14,637 nucleotides of DNA from Octopus sinensis (taxonomy: Eukaryota): positions 1 through 14,637 of the forward strand of contig NW_021825787.1 in assembly GCF_006345805.1 (NCBI RefSeq). Direction: 5' to 3'. The notes beneath the pieces were generated by a model. It did no database searches. It had not been told where the DNA came from and was given only the letters and a program-made list of their open reading frames with translations. How positions within the stretch are numbered: the first letter of the stretch is position 1; each line of letters opens with the position of its first letter. The position numbers and the translations under genes were made by a program. This document shows, in pieces, positions 1 through 8,560 of the stretch.

Positions 1-420
1 ATATACACTCATACATAGATTGTAAGCACCCTTGCAAACATAAACCACAATGCATACGTTCATATGTGTCACTGTCAGTAAATGTGAGCGTATGTTTATA
101 TATGTGTGTATATGTGTATGCGCGTTCGTGTGTGAGGGCGTGTATGTGTGAGGATGTGTGTGTGTGTGTGTGTATAATAATCGATACAGCAAATCCTTAT
201 TTATTCAGAAACCATAAATATCCGCTATCGTCACACTTGATCTTCTCCACTTCCACTTGTGTGTATGTCTCTGTGTGTACGGTAGTCGTATGCATGTATG
301 TATGTATGTATGTATGTATGTATTTATGTATGACTGTAGATGTATGTGATTGTGTATGTATATATGTATGTGTCAATGTATGGCGGCGAGGGTATGCATA
401 GGTGATGGCGTTGTTGTTAT
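1..420. repeat. (TG)n/(TGTA)n compound microsatellite
   Basis: Directly visible tandem repeats, e.g. gtgtgtgtgt at 155-172 and (tgta)n at 293-325. They explain ORFs 66..401 and 197..430. Confidence 0.9.
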
Positions 421-472
421 TTATGTCCACGTAATATCATTTTAAGTGATTATGCTGCTGATACGGGGGATA

Positions 473-1310
473 GTGGTGGTGGTGGTGGTGTTGATGGTGG
501 TGGTGGTGGTGATGGTGGTGATGATGGTGATGTGGTGGTGGTGATGATGGTGGTGGTGGTGGTGATGGTGATGATGGTGGAGATGGTGGTTGTAGTGGTG
601 GTGATGATGGTAGTGGTGATGTTTCTGGTGGTGGTGGTGGTGGTGGTGGTGGTGATGGTGTTGTTCTTGTTGGTGGTGGTGTATGTAATGGTTTTGTAAG
701 TAGCGGTTGTATAGGTGGGGGGGGTGTCGGTTGTGATGGTCGTGGAGGTGGTTGTGGTGATGGCGAAGTGCTGGTGCTTCCTGAAACAATGGCGGTAGCG
801 ATGCTAACGATGATAGCAACGAGGATGATGCTAATTTTCATTCTGATAGCGTGGTCTTCGTCGGCGCCGGCGCCGGCGACAACAGCATTGTCGTTGTTTT
901 TGGTGGTGGTGGTGGTGGCAGTGGTAGTCGTCGTCGTGTCACTGCTGCTGTTGCTGGAGGCGATGGTGTTGGTGGTGTTGATGGTGATGGTGCTGCTGGT
1001 GTCGGCGGTGATGTGTGTGGTCGGGTTGAGTGTGGTGAAACTATTGGCTTTCGCTTTCAGTATTGATAAATCTGATTAAAACTGTGATGATGATCAGAAG
1101 TAGGGAGACGAGGAGGGGGGGAGGATGAAGAGGTGGAGGAGGAGGGGGCGGTGATGATGATGATGATGACCATCATCATGATGACGACGACGATGGTCAT
1201 CATGATCATGACGACGATGATGATGGTGGGTGGGAATGATGGTGAGGAAGTTCAGAGGAAGTTATTGACGATGATGATGATGATGATCATCATCATCATC
1301 ATGATGTTCA
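473..1310. repeat. Degenerate trinucleotide tract (GGT/GAT/GTC/ATG/CAT)n
   Basis: Long runs of ggt, gat, gtc and cat. They produce poly-Pro/His/Thr/Val/Gly ORFs in several frames. Confidence 0.9.
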
Positions 1311-1533
1311 TGTATGTACGTAGAAATGAAATATGTAAGTGTATGTATCTTATTATTTAGATTCCTGTCTAGATTTCTAGAACTCACCGGTTTCTATCCC
1401 TTGATCCAACGATCCTCAGTTGGAATTTCAACAACATCAACAGGGAGGTTGAGCATGTATGTGTTATGTGTAAAAATTTAGGAGTTACTAGATCATGGGC
1501 AGATGTGCTGGTTTTGTTTTATATATATATTCT

Positions 1534-2129
1534 TATTTCTTTATTGCCCACAAGGAGCCAAAGATAGAGGGGACAGACAAGGACAGACAAAGGGATTAAG
1601 TCGATTACATCGACCCCAGTGCGTAACTGGTACTTAATTTATCGACCCCGAAAGGATGAAAGGCAAAGTCGACCTCGCTGGAATTTGAACTCAGAACGTA
1701 GCGGCAGACGAAATACCTATTTCTTTACTACCCACAAGGGGCTAAACACAGAGAGGACAAACAAGGACAGACAAACGGATTAAGTCGATTATATCGACCC
1801 CAGTGTGTAACTGGTACTTATTTAATCGACCCCGAAAGAATGAAAGGTAAATTCGACCTCGGCGGAAATTTGAACTCAGAACGTAACTGCAACGAAATAC
1901 CTATTTCTTTATTACCCACAAGGGGCTAAACATAGAGGGGACATACAAGGACAGACAAAGGGATTGTCGATTATATCGACCCCAGTGTGTAACTTACTTA
2001 ATTCATCGACCCCGAAAGGATGAAAGGCAAAGTCGACCTCGGCGGAATTTGAACTCAGAGCGTAACGGCAGACGAAATACCACAAAGCATTTCGCCCGTC
2101 GTGCTAACGATTCTGCCAGCTCTCTGTCT
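1534..2129 (-). mobile_element. Head-to-tail trimer of tRNA-derived SINE-A (octopus OR1/OK-like)
   Basis: Three ~185-bp units at 1534-1717, 1718-1901 and 1902-2129. Only the last carries the 5' tRNA-like head (minus strand gagctggcagaatcgttagcac). Each unit has a B-box-like gagttcaaatt(t)cc. The array is flanked by a 12-bp direct repeat TATATATATTCT at 1522-1533 and 2130-2141. The family name is from memory. Confidence 0.9.
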
Positions 2130-2141
2130 TATATATATTCT

Positions 2142-2428
2142 GCCTCTATGTCTGTGCACATCTTTGAATGCAATGTATGCCAGAAGGTTTCCCCATTTAA
2201 CGGGAGGCCCCCAAAAATTCATTTTAAGGTCCTCAAAGATCAAAACTAATCTGCAGCTCTTGGTGGTCCAAATCGGATTTGAAATCTATGTAGGTGTCTT
2301 TTCAGAACATTGTCTGGTTTAAAAAGCCACATCAGATGCCATGATGGTTCTAAGATGTAGGTACAGGAGATGGTCAAACTTCGCATAAGGAGTAAACAAC
2401 AATCACCATATTCATATACGTATATATG
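2142..2428 (+). pseudogene. Decayed 3' end of a LINE ORF2 (RTE-like) with two degenerate C2H2 zinc fingers, 3' UTR and TA-rich tail
   Basis: One frame gives FECNVCQKVSPFNGRPPKIHFKVL (2163-2234) and *NLCRCLFRTLSGLKSHIRCH (2280-2342). The second matches C-x2-C-x3-F-x5-L-x2-H-x3-H with the first Cys mutated to TGA. There is no TGEKP linker. Confidence 0.6.
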
Positions 2429-3021
2429 CTTTTATTCTTTTACTTGTTTCAAACATTTGACTGCAGCCATGCTGGAGCATCGCCTTTAGTCTAACAAATC
2501 GACCCCAGAACTTATTGTTTGTACACCTAATACTGATTCTATCGGTCACTTATGCTGAGCCGCTAAGTTAGGGGACTGGACTCAACACACCAACATCAGT
2601 TGTCAAGCGATGGTGTGTGTACGACGGGATTCTTTCATATTCTTATTTCTTTATTGCCCACAAGGGGCTAAACATAAAGGGGATAAACAAGGACAGGCAA
2701 AGGGATTAAATCGATTATATCGACCCCAGTGCGTAACTGTACTTAATTTATCGACCCTCGAAAGGATGAAAGGCAACGTCGACCTCGGCATAATTTGAAC
2801 TCAGAACGTAAGGGCAGACGAAATACCGCTAAGCATTGCGCCCTGTGTGCTAATGTTTCTGCCAGCTCACCGCCTTCTTTCAGTTTCTGTCTACTAAATC
2901 CACTCACAAGGCTTTGGTCGGCCCGAGCAGAAGACACTTGCTCAAGGTGTCACGCAGTGGGACTGATCCCGGAACTATGTGGTAGGGAAGCAAGCTTTTA
3001 CTACACAGCCACGCCTGCGCC
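2429..3021 (-). mobile_element. SINE-B (octopus OR2-like), interrupted by a SINE-A insertion
   Basis: The 3' half (2429-2637) and the 5' half with tRNA-like head (2875-3021) rejoin into a sequence colinear with the intact copy at 6155-6551. Confidence 0.9.
2638..2874 (-). mobile_element. Full-length SINE-A nested in SINE-B, with 8-bp TSD
   Basis: Runs from head ggcggtgagctggcagaa to tail gggcaataaagaaataagaata. TTCTTTCA is duplicated at 2630-2637 and 2875-2882. Confidence 0.9.
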
Positions 3022-3029
3022 TTGTCTCA

Positions 3030-3360
3030 TTTTGTCTAAAGTCGTAAGACACCTGCTGTTATCCTGTTATTACCATTCTTGTTTTTATTTTTATTTTCGT
3101 TTTTTGTATTTATATTCGTGTGGCTTCGTCCGTTTTTCTGTCCTTGTTGCGTTTATATTCGTTCCTTTTTCCAAGAATCTAATGCTCACAGCTTAGTTTT
3201 TCATTAGGGCTGGCCGCGTCGGAGCAAATATCAGAATTAATCAGCCGAAATTTGCTATGATGATCCGGTTTCTGACTGTAGATTAAAGGCTTCGAATGAC
3301 TTGTCTGTTTTCTGTGTTCGTCCCTTTGTGTATTTCACGTTCTTGTTTCTTTATATGTAA
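3030..3360. mobile_element. Unclassified interspersed repeat fragment
   Basis: The segment aatctaatgctcacagcttagttttt...cagccgaaatttgc resembles an abundant octopus repeat as I remember it. It is single-copy in this window and ends in (TA)n. Confidence 0.3.
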
Positions 3361-3368
3361 TTTTTATA

Positions 3369-3410
<42 letters not shown>

Positions 3411-3626
3411 CATACACACACTTGTATGTCTAGATACGTGCATATGTACTTTAATGTAAAACTTAATTTAGTGCAAAAATTGCCTTAAAAAAATTAGATG
3501 TATAAGAACACAGAATACTGCGAAACTTATCGTGAGAGAACATCTCTCATGGGCTTTTGGTGCATATGAGCACTCTTGTTTATATCGCTAACGAGAGATA
3601 TGTCACCGCTATCTCCGCCACCGGGA

Positions 3627-3673
3627 CTACCATACTACTTGATTTCGACCTACTTTGGACTTGTCAATGGCAG
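3627..3673 (-). ncRNA. Type I hammerhead ribozyme motif with U3/A8 core variant
   Basis: Minus strand reads CUGCCA-UUGACAA-GUCC-AAAGUA-GGUC-GAAA-UCAAGUAG-UA-UGGUAG. Stem I has 6 bp (one G-U), stem II pairs at 3 of 4 positions, GAAA is intact and the cleavage triplet is GUA. Stem III is weak. Confidence 0.55.
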
Positions 3674-3849
3674 ATTCATGGAGGCTGGAAATACAAGCAA
3701 ATTTTCTGCTAGCGATATGCATAGAGTCTCAGTGTCTACTCAGGCACTGGTGTCGCGAATACCCAGTTGTCAAGCGATGTCATTTATCATTAACATAAGC
3801 CATTTGTCATTTATTATTTAAAAATAATAAATAGCAACAGAAACAATAT

Positions 3850-4400
3850 TTAATTATAATCTTTCTTCTGCATTTTGAAACTATTTAAATATTTTTGCTT
3901 AACGTATCAGCTGGTTGTTTATATGATATTCCTTCAGAATGTAATATGTTCCATATTCGACCAGACTATAGTGAAATGGTCAACACATTGTTCTCTTAAT
4001 TTCCAAACGAATCTTGACAATGCTGTTGAGTTTCTCTTCCCGTTATTCGCGAAGGTGAATTATGGATGAAAAATGAATTCTGTAACAACTTGACACATCA
4101 TTACGAAACTATTTTCTGTTTCCATTTCCTCGGAACCCATTTGGACATTACTTCCACTTTGTAGATATTCGCTGTTCTTTAGAATTTATTGTTAAGCAGA
4201 CGGGTCTTGTTAATCTTCGAATTATATTTGGCTGCCGCAAGATCTTTTTTATTATTATCTCACTGACATCTCACACAGACGTAAGCTACATTATCCACTT
4301 ATTCTTTCACAAAGATTTTCATTGCTGTTACCTATAGCTAAGTCTCAATCGATTCTACATAATTGTGGTTGGTTGGCTAAAATCATGTGATATTGTGTTA
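3850..4400 (-). pseudogene. Decayed Penelope-like element ORF, C-terminal linker and GIY-YIG endonuclease region
   Basis: Colinear motifs across stops and frameshifts: NIT*F*P (4394-4374, cf. NIIWFNPP), IYKVEV (4166-4149), NSTALSRFVWKLREQCVDHFTIVWSNMEH (4032-3946, cf. NSTELSKHIWxLK..Y.I.WSI), IVSKCRRK (3884-3861, cf. LISKCRH). Consensus motifs are recalled, not searched. Confidence 0.75.
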
Positions 4401-4629
4401 TCTCTGACCTCTGCTTTGGTGTTCGCGCTCCGTAGAAAGCTGTTTTCTTTAGACCCAGTTGTTGCTTTACTAATACGTTAATGTAACAACTAAATGTTTC
4501 ATTGAAGTTGACTCCATTGTAGAAAATATTATATATTATATTCAGCTTATATTCCTAAATGATTTATTATATTTGGAAGAGGCTTACAATCTTTATTCAT
4601 GTACATCTGCTTACATGTATAACTAATTT

Positions 4630-5030
4630 TCTATAAGCCTATTTATGCTCATATATATGTGTGTGTGTGTGTGTTTGTCTGTCTCTCTCTCTCTCTCCAT
4701 ATATATGTTTATGTATATATCCATTTGTATATACATGTTAATATGCATATGAGCACACATATAAGCATGTCGAAATATGCAAATGTATATTTACCTATAT
4801 ATATATAATAATACACACACACATACATGCATATAATATATATATATATATATATATATACTTGCCTGTATATATATATATGTATGTATGTATGTACATA
4901 TATGTATTTTTATATGCATTTTATATATGTATGTATGTATGTACATATACGTATTTTTATATGCATGTACATATGTATATATTTATGTATATGCATATAC
5001 ATATGTATATATATATATATCGTTATAAAT
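4630..5030. repeat. (TA)n/(TGTA)n/(CT)n microsatellite cluster
   Basis: Directly visible. It explains ORF 4827..5045. Confidence 0.9.
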
Positions 5031-5260
5031 AACCTCTGTGTCTAGAAGCTCAGAAAGATGGATAGATAAAACGAGTCTAAATAATGATTATGTAAAACTA
5101 CATATGAATATACGTAGAAAGAGGCATATGTAAATATATTTAAACATGAAGATAGTAATAGAAGGGCCTTGCGCATGCGTGCGTTGGTGTGTACGCCTGC
5201 TTAAATAGGCATATGCACGTAGTCTATCAAACACTAATTATGTGTATATATATATATATA

Positions 5261-5385
5261 ACGGGAAGCTTTATGAAAATAGACAAAAGACGAAGGCAGG
5301 TGGGAAACAAACAAACAATTGTATTAGTATGGCGCTCAGGAAATATAAATAAAACAAGTCTTTAACGTTTCGAGCCTACGCTCTT
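5261..5385 (-). mobile_element. Short PLE-like terminal-repeat fragment embedded in (TA)n, ending in a truncated hammerhead-like motif
   Basis: Minus strand 5385-5364 reads AA-GAGC-GUAG-GCUC-GAAA-CG-UU. Both flanks are (TA)n. The CUGANGA half of the core is absent. Confidence 0.45.
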
Positions 5386-5404
5386 ATATATATAAATATA
5401 TAGG

Positions 5405-5801
5405 AATTGTGCCAAATTTTGGCATTGTAAGCTACACCAATGCTAGAACGGGACGACACTGCATAGTGCCAAAGATCCCAGCAATGCCATCACGCTTCAG
5501 GACCAGCGTCTGCAACAGCATGGGTTTCAAGGGCCCACAGCTATTTAATATTCCCCCAAAGAGTCTGAGAAACTTGCACAAAGTAGATGTAGCAGTTTTT
5601 AAATCAAAGCTGGACATCTTCCTGTCAAGAGTCCCAGATGAACCTACCTCACGGCAAGAGGTGCAAATGAGAGTAGCTGTATCAAACTCCATTCTTCACC
5701 AAGTGCCACATATTAGACGAGGTTCGTCGTAATAAAAGTGTAGCACAAAACGGCGGTGCATCAGTATGGCCGCAGCTCTGAGCTGAAACTAGAAAAAAAA
5801 A
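5405..5801 (+). mobile_element. 5'-truncated CR1/L2/Jockey-group LINE: ORF2 C-terminus, 3' UTR hairpin and A tail
   Basis: ORF 5409..5732 reads GRHCIVPKIP...GPQLFNIPPKSLRNL..VDVAVFKSKLDIFLSRVPDEP...SNSILHQ, typical of the C-terminus of this LINE group. It is followed by hairpin CAGCT-CTG-AGCTG (5773-5785) and an A run (5793-5801). Confidence 0.85.
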
Positions 5802-6154
5802 TATATATATACATATTTCTGTACACGTAATAGGTGTGCGCTTATATTGTATACATATGATAGACATACATCATACACACGTTTCCTTACATATGTGCAA
5901 GTGTGTATACTAAAATACATGAATGCCTGTGTGTAGCTATATACATTGTGCCAGGTTTCCGTATACACATCTGTATAAATACACAAACACACACACACAC
6001 ATATGCGTATATACATATGTACATATATGATTCATATAAATTTATATACGTGTATACTGGTATCTATATATGCGTAAAAATTTACATGTAGTCGTGCGTA
6101 TATAATATATACATAACATGTATTCCCGCGTCCTGTGCATTGGCGCATGCGTAT

Positions 6155-6551
6155 CTCTTTTACTCTCTTTACTTGTTTCAGTCATTTGACTGTGGCCATG
6201 CTGGAGCACCGCCTTTAGTCGAGCAAATCGACCCCAGGACTTATTCTTTGGAAGTCTAGTACTTATTCTATCGGTCTCTTTTGCCGAACCCCTAATTTAC
6301 GGGGACCTAAACACACCAGCATCGGTTGTCAAACGATGTTGGGGGGACAAACACAGACGCACAAACATACACACACACACACATATATATACATATATAC
6401 GACGGGCTTCTTTCAGTTTCCGTCTACCAAATCCACTCACAAGGCTTTGGTCGGCCCGAGGCTATAGTAGAAGACACTTGCCCAAGGTGCCACGCAGTGG
6501 GACTGAACCCGGAACCATGTGGTTGGTAAGCAAGCTACTTACCACACAGCC
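6155..6551 (-). mobile_element. Near full-length SINE-B (OR2-like)
   Basis: A-box-like TGGCTGTGTGG (6552-6542), B-box-like GGTTCAGTCCC (6509-6499), internal (TA)/(TG) tract, and a 3' tail ggcggtgctccagcatggccacagtcaaatgactgaaacaagtaaagagagtaaaagag. Confidence 0.92.
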
Positions 6552-6559
6552 AATCGTAC

Positions 6560-6582
6560 GCTGTATATATATCTATAATATA

Positions 6583-6625
<43 letters not shown>

Positions 6626-6793
6626 ATATATATATATATATATTTTATGCATGTGTGTATGTACGTACACACACACATATATATACAGGCATACGCATAC
6701 ACCTATGCATATGCGTATACATAATTTTTTCGAGCATTCAAAGATATGAACTGATTTTCTATGCGATATATATGTGTGTGTGTGTATGTGTGT

Positions 6794-6854
<61 letters not shown>

Positions 6855-6880
6855 AATAGAGCAGGCGTACATATTGTATA
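6560..6880. repeat. (TA)n/(CA)n/(TG)n microsatellites
   Basis: Directly visible. Confidence 0.9.
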
Positions 6881-7368
6881 TCTGATACGATATCATCAAT
6901 CTCTTCACAAAGGCTGATATGTTTCTCCTCTGCGACCTTGAATGCGTTCTATTTGCAGATGTACAGAGATAATTACTCTCACGCATACACTTCTAATCCA
7001 CACCCCGACTATTGTACCGTGCAGTACATGTGGCGCCACCTTGTGCCTGCAGATTCCATATCTGTTTGAGTGATGTGTGAGTAATGCATAAATAGTAATT
7101 CTATTTGCTTCTTTTTTTATGTTTTGTCTGGGTTTTTTTTGGGGGGGGGCGGTGTTATATAAAGTATACACAACATGCATATGAAACGTATAACACGCTC
7201 ACACGCACGCACACACTCACGGGCACACACGCGCACACGTACACACGCACACAATTCACACACACACACGCACACACACGCAAGCATACAGCTTCAGAAA
7301 GTCTACAAGGCGATCAATAAGTTGTTTTTTACCGCTTGAATGGAATTAAACGCTAAGAGATTTTTGGT

Positions 7369-7396
7369 GACGTTTCGGATGTTAGTACCTCTTCCG
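7369..7396 (-). ncRNA. Degenerate minimal hammerhead-like motif
   Basis: Reads CGGAAGA-GG-UACUAACAU-CC-GAAA-CG-UC. There is a U4G substitution and no convincing stem I. Confidence 0.25.
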
Positions 7397-7447
7397 AAAT
7401 TAAAAGACAGGATGGAAAAACAGTGATATCAAGACAAAGAGATTTAA

Positions 7448-7645
7448 GGCGGCGTGGTGTGTGAAACGCTAGCGTAATGCTTAGCGGTATTTCGTCTGCC
7501 GTACGTTCTGAGTTCAAATTCCGCTGAGGTCGACTTTGCCTTTCATCTTTTCGGGAGCGACTAAATATGTACCGGTTACGCATTGGGGTAGAGATAATTG
7601 ACTTATCCCTTTGTCTGTCCTTGTTTATTCCCTCTGTGTGTAGGG
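7448..7645 (+). mobile_element. SINE-A copy with an internally deleted head
   Basis: atgcttagcggtatttcgtctgccgtacgttctgagttcaaattccgctgaggtcgactttgcctttcatc... matches the reverse complement of 2638-2874. Confidence 0.88.
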
Positions 7646-7957
7646 TTTCTTCTTTTTGTTTCTATTTCCATTATGTTGTTTTCTACGTGTTTTGCTCTGT
7701 ATTCCCAAACTGTTTAGTCCTGCAGCGTCTTCGATGATTTAGTGAAGCCTTGGTGGTTAATACACAAAACATTATTATTAATATCATTATTATTATCATT
7801 TTCATTATCATCATCTTAAAGTTCTGTTGCCATTTCTTGCTGGGTGTTTTCCTGACACGTAGGACAGAGAATCGCACTGTATACATTGGTAGGCCATTAA
7901 AATAAACACACCAGGTTTTTTTATTTACAAAGTCATGTGATAGAGGGATATGCTAAT

Positions 7958-7960
7958 TCT

Positions 7961-7991
<31 letters not shown>

Positions 7992-8040
7992 TTATTATTA
8001 TTATTATTATTATATTATTATTATTAGTATTATTATTATT
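7958..8040. repeat. (CTT)n(ATT)n microsatellite
   Basis: Directly visible. Confidence 0.92.
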
Positions 8041-8043
8041 ATG

Positions 8044-8165
8044 CGGTCGACTTTGCCTTTCACTTTTCGGAGTCGATAAATTAAGTTCCAGTTGAACAGT
8101 GGGATCGATATAGCAGACTTACAACCTCCCACAACCTGCTGTCTTTGTGCCAAAATTTGAAAACA
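8044..8165 (+). mobile_element. 5'-truncated SINE-A relative with a different 3' tail
   Basis: Body ggtcgactttgcctttcac..tcgataaattaagttccagtt matches SINE-A. It then diverges into cctcccacaacctgctgtctttgtgccaaaatttgaaa. Confidence 0.7.
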
Positions 8166-8330
8166 TGCTTATTACTAATAGTAGTAGTAGTAGTAGTAGT
8201 AAAAGGAGGAGGAGGAGGCATACGCGGATTATGTTGGAATCTGCTGGACAACTTTTGGATCGGTCGTAAGTTGATTTTTGCCTTTTTTATAAATTTCGAA
8301 CAGCTATTCGGCAATATTCCGTTACATACT

Positions 8331-8560
8331 TATTTCTTTACTACCCACAGGGGCTAAACATAGAGGGGGCAAACAAGGACAGACAAATGAATTAAGTCGA
8401 TTACATCGACCCCAATGCGTAACTGGTACTTAATTTATCGACTCCGAAAGGATGAAAGGCAAAGTCGTCCTCGGCAGAATTTGAACTCAGAACGTAACGG
8501 CAGACAAAATACGGCTACGCATTTGGCCCAGCGTGCTAACGGTTCTGCCAGCTCACCGCC
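8331..8560 (-). mobile_element. Full-length SINE-A
   Basis: Complete head at 8560 and tail at ~8331. A candidate TSD aatattc(c/t)gttacatact lies at 8313-8330 and 8574-8591. Confidence 0.92.

Noticed and set aside
1530-2129. CRISPR-like or satellite interpretation of the regular ~185-bp repeats
   Set aside because: The units are whole SINE bodies with no unique spacers. The context is eukaryotic and no cas genes are present.
3276-3306. Hammerhead-like CUGUAGA...GAAU-GAC-UU-GUC on the plus strand
   Set aside because: A6 and A15.1 are both wrong, there is no stem II pairing and no stem I.
3764-3779. 16-nt match (cagttgtcaagcgatg) to SINE-B at 2598-2613
   Set aside because: The similarity does not extend on either side, so it is too short to call a SINE fragment.
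6490-6552. tRNA genes at SINE heads (also 2950-3021, 9535-9610, 12114-12185)
   Set aside because: They have only A/B-box-like motifs, no full cloverleaf, and continue directly into SINE body sequence.
8203-8271. Possible exon ending at gtaagt (8266-8271)
   Set aside because: There is no credible acceptor (upstream is a (TAG)n repeat) and no recognisable peptide.
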